In this document: piece by piece, positions 27,540 to 36,610 of the stretch
How positions within the stretch are numbered: the stretch's first letter is position 1
Layout: every line of letters starts with the position of its first letter
Assembly: GCA_049519175.1 (NCBI GenBank)
Contig: JBEKQZ010000001.1
Span: forward strand, 463,679 to 527,678
Origin: Candidatus Levyibacteriota bacterium
GTDB taxonomy: Bacteria; Patescibacteriota; Microgenomatia; Levybacterales; UBA12049
Reading direction: 5' to 3'
Length of the DNA stretch: 64,000 nucleotides
Program-made: the position numbers and the translations under genes
The notes under the pieces: generated by a model
Database searches by the model: none
Told to the model about the DNA's origin: nothing
What the model saw: the letters and a program-made list of their open reading frames with translations, nothing else

Positions 27540-28566
27540 AATCTTTCATTGCTAAACCTACCGCTATGGTATAATCCGACCCGTTATCTAAAACCGCTTT
27601 CGGTATTTGTTGCGATGCTAAAATTTTCCAGGGATTGGCAATTGCCGTTTCGATACCAGCATTGTTCACAAAGAAAAGTTCTATCCCCGGAAGTTTGGCT
27701 GTGCCGCCGGATAGAATAATTTGTCTAATTGGGGATTCATCCTTGTATTTTTGCGCATAAAAAGCGATTGATTTTTTAATTTCACCCAAAACTGAATTGA
27801 GAATTGGTTCTGTGGCTCTACCAATTTTCCCGCCTAAACTTTTACCGGAAATCCCATATACTCTTTTATATTCCTCCGCCTGTTGGGAGGTTAGCCCGAA
27901 ATCCATCGCAATCGCCCGATTTATCGCCGCTCCTCCTACCGGCATTGAGTACGTAAAAATCATCGAACCGCTTCTGACTATCGCAAATGAAGTGCTGATT
28001 GCACCAATGTTAACCACCAAACTCGTCGGAAAAGTTTGGTCTAGAATTAAAGGTCTGATTGTTGCCAGGATTTCCGTTTCCATCGAATTGATTTGCAAAC
28101 CAGCCAGTTGAATTATTTTTTGATATTTATTGACTAATGCAGTTGGAGCACCAACCATTAGAACCTGCATTTTTTCTCCGGTCGTTGTCACTTGCGGTCT
28201 TTTCAAAACATTCCAAACCAAAGTAATGTTAGTCAGAGGTACCGGAATATATTGCTCCGCTTCCCAATAGATTGCGGATGCAAGCTCTCTGTCCGAAAGA
28301 GTGGGCATTTCCAGAACTTTTGTATAAACCTGATTTTCCGGCAAAGCCACATTAACTAATTTTGCAGTTACTCCGGCGTCCTTGGCGGTTTTAGCGATTG
28401 TCTGAGCCATCTCTTCCTCATCTAAAGGAGACTCCGAAAGCATTCCTTTAGGAGGAACCGGAGAAATTGAAGCAGCTTTTAAAATAAACGCTCCTTTTTG
28501 CCCATCAAGCATTACCAGCTTAAGCGATGTTGCCCCAATATCCAATCCAAAAGATTTTTTATTCAT
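27532..28566 (-). CDS. pilM: Type IV pilus assembly protein PilM (actin-like)
   Basis: FGLDIG, WEAEQYIP, IILSGGTAKLPG, NPW, AVGLAM motifs. Confidence 0.95.
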   Translation of the reverse strand: MNKKSFGLDIGATSLKLVMLDGQKGAFILKAASISPVPPKGMLSESPLDEEEMAQTIAKTAKDAGVTAKLVNVALPENQVYTKVLEMPTLSDRELASAIYWEAEQYIPVPLTNITLVWNVLKRPQVTTTGEKMQVLMVGAPTALVNKYQKIIQLAGLQINSMETEILATIRPLILDQTFPTSLVVNIGAISTSFAIVRSGSMIFTYSMPVGGAAINRAIAMDFGLTSQQAEEYKRVYGISGKSLGGKIGRATEPILNSVLGEIKKSIAFYAQKYKDESPIRQIILSGGTAKLPGIELFFVNNAGIETAIANPWKILASQQIPKAVLDNGSDYTIAVGLAMKDYE

Positions 28567-28569
28567 TTT

Positions 28570-29373
28570 TTAAGGCCAGAAAAGACTAAACGGAAAAAGT
28601 TCGGCCGGCACTTCAGGATATCCCTGAAAAACTTCTAATTTTCTGACAACATTAGTGTCGGTTGTCCCGGTCGAGGTGATTAAAGTTCCTTGCGAAGGAA
28701 GCGCGGGATTGCCCGAAACTCCAATATAAGCATTCGCGTAAAGAGGCGTCACTCTTGCCAAAAAACCATTCGTAACTGTTATTGTTCCCGTACTGTTATA
28801 AAGAGTTATTCCGGAAATAGGGTGAAGAGGCGGCGAAGAAGGAACGCTAAAATTATTACTTGAGCGCCGGCCGGAACAAGGATCATAAACGTATCTTGTC
28901 ACCGTCGGGGTCGCCAGGGTGCCCGAAATAATAGCTATCTCCAAAGCGGCGTTGTTACAAGCTGTTGTAGAATTTCCCCAATAAATGTTTAAATTTCCGC
29001 TCCACGAAGTCGTAAAAAGCTGCGCTGGGGGAGGAGAGTAAGGAATTAACCAAATATATGTGGCGTCATCCTGAGAAACTTCATTATTGCCGTTTAAGAG
29101 AAAATCGGAACCGCCGGAAATAGTTTCCGTTGACGTTTGGTAAGTCGTTTGAGCCGAAATGTTAATCGGCTCAGTAATACTCGTGCCGCTTTTTATGGTT
29201 TGTTCAACTCCGGCTTCTGCAGCCGATAAAGCTTTTTGCGAATCAATTTCCTGTTGTGAATTTCTCAAGTTAGTTACACTCCTGGAAACCACTGCTAGTC
29301 CAACGGTTAATACCACTACCATTGCCAAAACCACAACCAAAAGAGCCTGTCCTTCTTGATTCAGGAATTTCAT
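28570..29373 (-). CDS. PilX/GspK-like minor pilin
   Basis: G|QALL.. cleavage site without E5; ALSAAEAGVE motif. Confidence 0.8.
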   Translation of the reverse strand: MKFLNQEGQALLVVVLAMVVVLTVGLAVVSRSVTNLRNSQQEIDSQKALSAAEAGVEQTIKSGTSITEPINISAQTTYQTSTETISGGSDFLLNGNNEVSQDDATYIWLIPYSPPPAQLFTTSWSGNLNIYWGNSTTACNNAALEIAIISGTLATPTVTRYVYDPCSGRRSSNNFSVPSSPPLHPISGITLYNSTGTITVTNGFLARVTPLYANAYIGVSGNPALPSQGTLITSTGTTDTNVVRKLEVFQGYPEVPAELFPFSLFWP

Positions 29374-29423
29374 AAATATCTACTAAATATAGACTAGCAG
29401 CATTTCAAAACCTTTGTCAACGC

Positions 29424-30017
29424 CTAGCGGTTACCGCTATTTCTGATTACAACTGAGGTCTCAAAAGGAATCTCCGCCTGACTCTCCGAAAAATTAGCCG
29501 AAATCGTCGCTTTTAAGTCCAAAAAAATATCGATTTTCGCCGGCGCGGCAGCACTTTCCTGACTGCAATTAAAATAACAGGTTGCGTCCATAGTCGGATC
29601 GACCAAATAATCTAAGGTTCCGGTTGAAGATTGCGAGGCAATTTGCGAATTCGCGCAAGCGAAAGTGGTTATTCCGCCGTCAAAAGATTTAATTTGCAAA
29701 TAGTTATACTGCGTCAGACCGGATTGAGATAACGCGCAGTCGGAAGTATCCGGAGTAGGCTGGGACGTACAATCGGTATAAAATTGAGTCCCGTCACAAC
29801 TTATTCCTTCCAGTTTTTGCGCATAAGTAATCATCCGGGACATTTGCGCTATTGCCGAGTCACCGTTTGCTCTGACATTTTCCGTGGTTGCGCTTTTATT
29901 GCTATCTCTTAAAACCGACGTTAAAATTGACGCAATGATTGTTCCGACTGCCACTAAAACAAATATCACCGCTAAAAGTTCTACTAATGTGTAACCGTTT
30001 TTTGGATATTTTTTCAT
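29424..30017 (-). CDS. Minor pilin (PilW/GspJ-like)
   Basis: G|YTLVELL prepilin motif. Confidence 0.85.
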   Translation of the reverse strand: MKKYPKNGYTLVELLAVIFVLVAVGTIIASILTSVLRDSNKSATTENVRANGDSAIAQMSRMITYAQKLEGISCDGTQFYTDCTSQPTPDTSDCALSQSGLTQYNYLQIKSFDGGITTFACANSQIASQSSTGTLDYLVDPTMDATCYFNCSQESAAAPAKIDIFLDLKATISANFSESQAEIPFETSVVIRNSGNR

Positions 30018-30499
30018 TGTGTTCTATTGATATCCGCTATGCACGTATCAAGCGTAACGTTATGACAATAATAGTTGCTGAGAGCAGGGTCTGCCGAACA
30101 TTTTCCGTCTGTCCATGCCACCGTCACTTCTGCTTGAATATTGTTATTGCATTTTGCAGACGATATAAGTTCAACTTGTCTAAAAAATTTATCCTGGATA
30201 TTCACGCTGTTATCGCTACAATTAGGATCAGTAATATGAGAATAAAAATCCGTCGTTCCTTGTGGAAGACACCAAATGCCCGTGCCCGAATAGGTTGCTG
30301 TATGAGCCCAATCTAGTTGACTTTTCTGCTGAACTATTTGTATTCCTTGTTGGGCGTAGCCCGTCGCCAAGTTTTGATATTCGGCAAAATCCGAATTACT
30401 AACAGCCGTTATCACGGCAACCGTAATTGCCGAAACTACGACTACAGCTGCTCCCAAAGCAACTAGTGCTTCAATTAGGGTTTGTCCTTTTTGATTCAT
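30014..30499 (-). CDS. Minor pilin (PilV/GspI-like)
   Basis: G|QTLIEAL prepilin motif; A..YAQQGIQ. Confidence 0.85.
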   Translation of the reverse strand: MNQKGQTLIEALVALGAAVVVVSAITVAVITAVSNSDFAEYQNLATGYAQQGIQIVQQKSQLDWAHTATYSGTGIWCLPQGTTDFYSHITDPNCSDNSVNIQDKFFRQVELISSAKCNNNIQAEVTVAWTDGKCSADPALSNYYCHNVTLDTCIADINRTQ

Positions 30500-31071
30500 G
30501 GTGAAACGCTGATATAACCATTCTGCAAATTGATTGTCTTGGTGTTTCCGTAACTTGACAAAGTAATATTATCCCCATCGGAGATAATACCGCCCGATAA
30601 TATCGGGAAAAATACAGACGTAACGTTTGTTTTTATGGTGATATCGGAGGATAGTGTCGTTCGCCATTTGGAGTCAGTGGTAATCGGAGCCGGTTGACCG
30701 TTACTGTTAAGACATTGTATGTATAAAGCGTAATATTTCGGATTTGCGTTGTTAACGATTTGCACACCGTAACCGTGTAGCGTCTGATAATCAAAACATT
30801 GTAAGGTTATACCACTCCTATTTAAGCTTTTAAGTTGCGCTGCCGACAATGATTTTGCCGTATTTAAAGTTTGAACTAAATCGCTGGTAGTTTGGTTTAA
30901 CGCTTGGGAGCGGCTATAACTGACAAAAGAAGCAACCCCAATGGTGGAAAGGATTGCCATAACGGTAAAAACGACTATCAATTCTATCAGAGTAAATCCA
31001 TTTTGAGATTTGCCGCCTCTGGCGAGCCTCGCCGCTGGCGGAAGATTTGAGATTTGAGATTTATTTCTCAT
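30496..31071 (-). CDS. Minor pilin (FimT/GspH-like)
   Basis: G|FTLIELIVV; leader contains KSQISNL repeats and a GC-rich palindromic insert. Confidence 0.85.
   Translation of the reverse strand: MRNKSQISNLPPAARLARGGKSQNGFTLIELIVVFTVMAILSTIGVASFVSYSRSQALNQTTSDLVQTLNTAKSLSAAQLKSLNRSGITLQCFDYQTLHGYGVQIVNNANPKYYALYIQCLNSNGQPAPITTDSKWRTTLSSDITIKTNVTSVFFPILSGGIISDGDNITLSSYGNTKTINLQNGYISVSP
31013..31042. repeat. 30-bp GC-rich palindromic insert within GAGATTT heptamer repeats, in frame in the pilin leader
   Basis: CCGCC-TCT-GGCGA-GCC-TCGCC-GCT-GGCGG flanked by (GAGATTT)n. Confidence 0.7.
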
Positions 31072-31580
31072 GGATTATTAAGCACGAAATATTTTCCGGA
31101 GGTGCAGGTAGGACTTGCATTTGAATAAGGATTAGTTGATATCCCCTGACTGTCTCCGCTATTTTCAAGACAAGCACCAAGAGTGTAAGTAGTCCCAGCG
31201 CTGGATGAGTAATAATAGTTACCACCATTATAATAGCTGCTGCCGCTTGGATCCGTTGGGAGATTTTGCATATAGATTGTTGAACAAGCAGGATTTCCAA
31301 AGCAAGCTGTAGATCCGGTGCATGGAGGAGTATTAGCAGGGCAGGCAAATAGACCTGCTACATTTGATGTTCCACTTGGATAGCTGCCGTTGTCCGACCG
31401 ATAAATTTCCAGAGCTGACTGAATTTGCCGTAAATCCGACTTCCGTTGCGCATCCCTAGCCCTTTGCCTAACTCCGATAAAATTAACCATCAAAAGCGTG
31501 GCTAAAACGCCAATAATCGCTATCACTATCAAAAGCTCTATCAGCGTAAATCCCTTGTTTAAATTTTTAATTTTTTTCAT
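31068..31580 (-). CDS. Type IV pilin / GspG-like
   Basis: G|FTLIELLIVIAIIG, ARDAQRKSDL, YP, DP motifs. Confidence 0.9.
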   Translation of the reverse strand: MKKIKNLNKGFTLIELLIVIAIIGVLATLLMVNFIGVRQRARDAQRKSDLRQIQSALEIYRSDNGSYPSGTSNVAGLFACPANTPPCTGSTACFGNPACSTIYMQNLPTDPSGSSYYNGGNYYYSSSAGTTYTLGACLENSGDSQGISTNPYSNASPTCTSGKYFVLNNP

Positions 31581-32077
31581 GGCGTCACGTCCGGACTGGA
31601 AACTCCATAGTTACAATCTCCACCACTACCGCAAGCTGTTTGCATATTAATGCTAGAGTTTGCGGGGGCCGAACATAAACCCCCGCTACAAGCTGCCGGA
31701 TCATTACTCCCTCTATCTAGGCTAGCATAAATATAATAAGATTGCCCAGAGGGCGAATAATAAACATAGTTTTTAGAAGAACTTGGATCTTGTGGTAAAA
31801 CGTCCATATAGGGCTGCCAACTGTTTCCCCAGGAAACTCCGGGAATTTGGTAAGGGGCTGTTGCGACAATCGGATATTTATTATTATCCTGGTAATATAC
31901 TTCCAAAGCTCTTTGTATTTGCGCCAAATCCGATTTACGTCTAACGTCGTTGGCTTTTTGAAATTGTGCTAAAGGATTTAAGACTAATAATGCCCCCACA
32001 GCCAAAATCCCCAAGATTCCGATGACCACTATTAACTCTATTAGCGTAAATCCTTCATTTTTAAATTTAATTTCCAT
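31577..32077 (-). CDS. Type IV pilin / GspG-like
   Basis: G|FTLIEL, LNP..Q..KAND.RRKSDL motifs. Confidence 0.9.
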   Translation of the reverse strand: MEIKFKNEGFTLIELIVVIGILGILAVGALLVLNPLAQFQKANDVRRKSDLAQIQRALEVYYQDNNKYPIVATAPYQIPGVSWGNSWQPYMDVLPQDPSSSKNYVYYSPSGQSYYIYASLDRGSNDPAACSGGLCSAPANSSINMQTACGSGGDCNYGVSSPDVTP

Positions 32078-32089
32078 AATCTTATTATA

Positions 32090-32929
32090 TTACGGCGTGC
32101 ACGGATCAACGCAAGGGCCAGTGCCGTTGGGAGGAGGATTACAATAACGATTGTAGTTAATGCTTGTATTGGTAGTTGGAGTTTCAACTCCGCATTGATG
32201 AGTTAACGGGTTATTTGGATAATATGCATATATTGCGTTACTACAATAACAAACAAAGTTAGCGGGTGGATTGTTAACAGGTGGACCAGAAGATGGTGTC
32301 CATATCGGCAACGGCACAATCTGCATTGTAACAATTTGGTTACAAATATTAACACTTATGCTGCCGGAAATCACACAATAGTTATAACCCAAAGATGCAT
32401 AGTTTGCCGGAACACAAGGTTGCCCGGCGGAGTCTTTCATTTGCTCTAAAGGACAGGAGAAGGAATTAGTAGAAGACGGCAAAACTAATTTACCAAACAG
32501 CACATTCCATTGTGGATTATTGTTTATGTCATCAAGATAGGCGTAATTTTTCCAACCCGACGAAACAATCGGGTCGTTAGGAATCGCTTGTATACTCTTA
32601 TCTGCAATAAGGGCTAAGAGAGGCTGAGGAGGATAATTATTGTTATCGTTGTAGTAGCTATCGAGCGCGGTCTGTAGTTGTTTTAAATCGTGCTGACGCT
32701 GCGCGTCCTGGCTTTTCTGGATTTGCGTGATTGGATTAAGAATAACTAAAACAAAAGTAACTAGAACTCCCAATATCATAATTACTACCAAAAGCTCAAC
32801 TAACGTAAAACCAGCAGCAAAAGAAGCTTTACTAGAATTAAATCTCCCCAAAAAAGACAAACCAGCGTTCCTAAAATTAGAAATGGGCCAAAAGGAAGAG
32901 TTGTGTTTTGGAAACTTTTTTTCTTCCAT
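32090..32929 (-). CDS. Type IV pilin / GspG-like with Cys-rich C-terminal extension; leader encoded inside pilD
   Basis: G|FTLVELL, LNP..Q..D.QR..DL motifs. The exact start is uncertain. Confidence 0.85.
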   Translation of the reverse strand: MEEKKFPKHNSSFWPISNFRNAGLSFLGRFNSSKASFAAGFTLVELLVVIMILGVLVTFVLVILNPITQIQKSQDAQRQHDLKQLQTALDSYYNDNNNYPPQPLLALIADKSIQAIPNDPIVSSGWKNYAYLDDINNNPQWNVLFGKLVLPSSTNSFSCPLEQMKDSAGQPCVPANYASLGYNYCVISGSISVNICNQIVTMQIVPLPIWTPSSGPPVNNPPANFVCYCSNAIYAYYPNNPLTHQCGVETPTTNTSINYNRYCNPPPNGTGPCVDPCTP

Positions 32930-33579
32930 AAAATAAGTATGATACCCACAATTGCTCCTGTCAAGAAAGCCAGGTATAGAGCAATCACGATATTGGGAAA
33001 ACCTAAAAATAAACCTAAAACAAAAGCCAATTTAATGTCTCCGCCGCCCATCCCGTCTTTCCCCCGAATAAGCTTAAAAACCAAAGAAGTAATTAAGAAA
33101 AAAAAGAACGCTAAAACGCCGCAGGCAAGATTGATGAATAACGATTGCGGATTAAAGAATAGCAGATAGAGAAAAATAATCCCTACAAGTGGGAAAAGAA
33201 TCTTATCCAAAATAAGACCGTATTTAAAATCCATGCAGAAAATAACAATCAAACCGGAAACAATAATCAAATGATAAATTACGGAGATTAATAATTGAGG
33301 ATTTGAAATTGGGAATATGTAAGTCAACACAAACAAAATTCCCGTGGAAACTTCTATTGCCGGATAGAAATAGGGAAGTTGATGCTTGCAATAGCGGCAT
33401 TTGCCTTTAGTGGAAATGAACGACAAAACCGGAATTAAATCTATAGCTTTGAGTTCTTTTTGGCAAAACTCGCAGTGGGAACGACCTTTGATCACGGTTT
33501 CGTTTCTTGGCAATCGGTCAACCAGTACTCCCAAAAATGAACCTAGAAACAGCCCGAGAATAAACAATAATAAAACCAT
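32800..33579 (-). CDS. pilD: Prepilin peptidase
   Basis: GSFLGV..DRLP, RSHCEFC, GKCRYC, MGGGDIKL, PFGPFL motifs. Confidence 0.95.
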   Translation of the reverse strand: MVLLLFILGLFLGSFLGVLVDRLPRNETVIKGRSHCEFCQKELKAIDLIPVLSFISTKGKCRYCKHQLPYFYPAIEVSTGILFVLTYIFPISNPQLLISVIYHLIIVSGLIVIFCMDFKYGLILDKILFPLVGIIFLYLLFFNPQSLFINLACGVLAFFFFLITSLVFKLIRGKDGMGGGDIKLAFVLGLFLGFPNIVIALYLAFLTGAIVGIILILWKKKSFQNTTLPFGPFLILGTLVCLFWGDLILVKLLLLLVLR

Positions 33580-33616
33580 TAAAATTAGTATAACAAATTA
33601 AAATACCTTGAGGATT

Positions 33617-34282
33617 CTATCTCGTGCACCAGTAACAAACGCCAGTATGGTTACCCGTCGTTGGAGGAAAAGATGGACAATTAGTGCCAGCGCTGCCGTC
33701 CATATTATATATTGTGTTAGCGTCTTTTAATCCTGACTGAGAAATAGGAAGAAAACAGGCAACAAGAGTGTTAGCGTTAGAAGGACCGGCGTTACCGCCG
33801 CTGCTACCATAATATGAAACATAAATCTTTGACAAAGAACCAACAGCGGTAACAAATGACGCTTCTAGTTCTCGGTCAGCTATAAGCGGAGCGATACAGG
33901 AGGTAACAGTGCAACCAACTCCCGTACTAGCATTACCACCACTGCACAGTGGCATCTCATAAGGTGAAGACGCCTCCTGACCCGTCCCTCCCGTGTCCGT
34001 CTTGCCATTATTTACAGCTTCAGGAGCACAAGCCGCTACGCCGGCACCCCAAGGATAATCACTGTGCGTAGCATAATAGCGGATGTTGGCATCTATATAT
34101 TCCACCATTGTATTCTTAATATTAGCATCCGTGGCTTTATTTAGCTGTTCAAACGGATCGATAGTGGCAACCAAAGCGGCGGCTAAAATTCCTAAGATTC
34201 CGATAACAACCAACAATTCGATGAGGGTAAATCCTTTTTTCTGCTTCAGAAGTTTCTTCAGCTTTTTGAAAAGATTTTTCAT
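33617..34282 (-). CDS. Type IV pilin with its own promoter (candidate major pilin)
   Basis: KKG|FTLIELLVVIGILGILAA; TTGACA promoter upstream. Alternative start at 34303. Confidence 0.85.
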   Translation of the reverse strand: MKNLFKKLKKLLKQKKGFTLIELLVVIGILGILAAALVATIDPFEQLNKATDANIKNTMVEYIDANIRYYATHSDYPWGAGVAACAPEAVNNGKTDTGGTGQEASSPYEMPLCSGGNASTGVGCTVTSCIAPLIADRELEASFVTAVGSLSKIYVSYYGSSGGNAGPSNANTLVACFLPISQSGLKDANTIYNMDGSAGTNCPSFPPTTGNHTGVCYWCTR

Positions 34283-34337
34283 GTATATACTAATATTACT
34301 CATATCTAAAAATAATTGTCAAGCCCCTCGTTTAAAG

Positions 34338-35540
34338 CTACTGGATACTAGAAATTAAACTGTAAATCGGCGTAATAACCGAGATGATTAAAAAAGCCAC
34401 CGCTATTCCCAGAACAATCATAATAAACGGCTCCATCGCGGTGGTTAAAGTTTTGACTCTGCCGTCAACTTCCCGCTCAAAATATTCGGAGGCTTTTCCT
34501 AAAGTTTCATCCATTTTCCCGGTTTGCTCGCCGACTTTAACCAATTGAATTAAAAGGGGAGGGAAGAGGGAATAATAAGACATTGCCTCGCCAACGCTGA
34601 CTCCTTTTTCAACCTGTTTGGAAACTGCCGTAATCGCGTTTCGGTAGTTGACATTACCGGTTGTTTCCGCCGTTTCCAAAAGCGCGTCGACCACCAAAGT
34701 GCCGGTGCCGACCAAAAGTCCCAGGGTTCTACTAAACTCCGCCAAAATACTTTGTTCGACTAGTTTACCAAAAATCGGTAGTTTTAACATAAACGAATCG
34801 ATAATCAATCTTCCATCGGCAGTTTTCGACCACCTTCGATAAAAAAGCAAGAGAACGACAAGCCCACCAAGGATAATCGGCCAGAAAGCCGCCACCAAAT
34901 TGGAAAGGCCAACCACTATTTGAGTCGGCAAGGGCAGCGGCACATTTAAATTTTGATACAAAACATCCAGCTGCGGCATGACAAAAACCATCATAATTAC
35001 AATTACGCCAACCATCATAATCACGACAATCGCCGGATACATTAGCGCTGATGTGACCGTGCTTTTTAGTTTGGATTGTTTTTCCAAATTATCTGCCAGT
35101 CTTAACAAAACCTTGTCCAATAGTCCGGACTGCTCACCGGCTTTAATAATGGAAACGTAAATATGATTAAAAACTTTGGGATATTTTTCGATTGACTGAG
35201 CAAAAGTTTTTCCTTCCTGGACATCGGCAATAATCGAGGTAATAATTTCAATCAGCGACTCGTTTTTGACTTGCTCTTTAAGAATTTCCAGTCCCCGCAT
35301 CAGCGTTAAACCCGAAGTCAGCATTGACGACAACTGTCTAGTAAACATTACCAAATCCGTATTGTTAATTTTGTTAAAAAAGGGAAGCTCAGTCCAAAAT
35401 TGATTATCAATTCTGGTTATGCTAACCGGAGTTAAACCTCTGGCCCGAAGATAACCGGCCGTTTCACCAATATCTTTGGCATCCAATAGGCCTTGGGAGA
35501 TTTTTCCCTCTTTTGTAATTGCTTTATATCTTAACCTCAT
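34338..35540 (-). CDS. pilC: Type IV pilus platform protein PilC/GspF
   Basis: FTRQLSSML, AGEQSGLL, ALMYP, VGEQTG, EP motifs. Confidence 0.95.
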   Translation of the reverse strand: MRLRYKAITKEGKISQGLLDAKDIGETAGYLRARGLTPVSITRIDNQFWTELPFFNKINNTDLVMFTRQLSSMLTSGLTLMRGLEILKEQVKNESLIEIITSIIADVQEGKTFAQSIEKYPKVFNHIYVSIIKAGEQSGLLDKVLLRLADNLEKQSKLKSTVTSALMYPAIVVIMMVGVIVIMMVFVMPQLDVLYQNLNVPLPLPTQIVVGLSNLVAAFWPIILGGLVVLLLFYRRWSKTADGRLIIDSFMLKLPIFGKLVEQSILAEFSRTLGLLVGTGTLVVDALLETAETTGNVNYRNAITAVSKQVEKGVSVGEAMSYYSLFPPLLIQLVKVGEQTGKMDETLGKASEYFEREVDGRVKTLTTAMEPFIMIVLGIAVAFLIISVITPIYSLISSIQ

Positions 35541-35541
35541 A

Positions 35542-36609
35542 TTAGCCGACCATACGCAAGAGATCCTCCGGCCGCAGCGCATAAGATTTGGCGGTTTCCA
35601 GACTAATTGTTCCGGACAAAACTAAAGAAGCCAGCGATGACTCAAGCGGAATCATGCCATAGTCTTGGGAAGTTTGGATAATTGAGTCAATCAAATGGGT
35701 TTTGCCGTCCCTAATATTGCTGGCAATTGCTGTAGTTCCTAATAAGACTTCGACGCCCGGAATTCGGCCCCCGTTTAATTGAGGGATTAATCTTTGCGAA
35801 ACCACGCCTTTTAAAGTCGCCGCCAGTTGGGCTCTAATCTGGATTTGTTGGTCGGCCGGAAAAGAATCAATAATTCTATCGACCGTCTGCGAAGCGGAAT
35901 TAGTATGCAGCGTTGAAAAAACCAAATGACCGGTTTCGGCAATGGTCATGGCGGCGGCAATTGTTTCCGGGTCGCGCATTTCGCCGACCAAAACCACGTC
36001 CGGGTCCTCCCGCAAGGCGCTCCTTAAAGCCAGCGGCCAGGAATGGGTATCCAAATCCATTTCTCTTTGCGAAATAATACTCTTGCCGCCCGGGTAAACA
36101 TATTCAATCGGATCTTCAATGGTTAAAATATGCACTGCTTTACCTAAGTTTATTTCATTGATAATTGCCGCTAAAGTGGTCGATTTCCCCTGACCGGTCG
36201 GCCCGGTAACCAGCACAAAACCTTGTTTCAGCTGCGCAAAACTGTGACAAATTTTTGGCAAATGTAATTCTTCAACGGTCCTAATTGTCGGCTGCAAAAA
36301 CCTAAACGCTGCACTTAAAACTCCACGCTGATAATAAAGATTCGTCCTAAATCTGCCCAAATCTCCGTAAGCGCCGCCGCCGAAACCAAACGAAAAATCA
36401 ATTTCTTTATTGTTGACCAATAATTCTTTTTGCTCAGGTTTTAAAATTGAAAAAACCATTGTTTCCACTTCCTGCGGCGAGAGAGGGGGATAGTTAGACA
36501 GATAACGCAGGACGCCATCAATTCTTAAAGCCGGTGAAGTTCCCGGCAGCAAATGCAAATCCGAAGCGTTATTTTTAATTGTAACGTCTAATAATTCGTT
36601 TATTAACAT
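35542..36609 (-). CDS. pilT: Pilus retraction ATPase PilT
   Basis: ASDLHL, GPTGQGKSTT, EDPIE, LREDPD, AETGHLVFSTLHT, NIRDGK motifs. Confidence 0.96.
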   Translation of the reverse strand: MLINELLDVTIKNNASDLHLLPGTSPALRIDGVLRYLSNYPPLSPQEVETMVFSILKPEQKELLVNNKEIDFSFGFGGGAYGDLGRFRTNLYYQRGVLSAAFRFLQPTIRTVEELHLPKICHSFAQLKQGFVLVTGPTGQGKSTTLAAIINEINLGKAVHILTIEDPIEYVYPGGKSIISQREMDLDTHSWPLALRSALREDPDVVLVGEMRDPETIAAAMTIAETGHLVFSTLHTNSASQTVDRIIDSFPADQQIQIRAQLAATLKGVVSQRLIPQLNGGRIPGVEVLLGTTAIASNIRDGKTHLIDSIIQTSQDYGMIPLESSLASLVLSGTISLETAKSYALRPEDLLRMVG

Positions 36610-36610
36610 A

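Noticed and set aside
28570-34303. Diversity-generating retroelement or shufflon acting on the pilins
   Set aside because: No reverse transcriptase, template/variable repeat pair, or repeated inversion sites were seen among the pilin genes.
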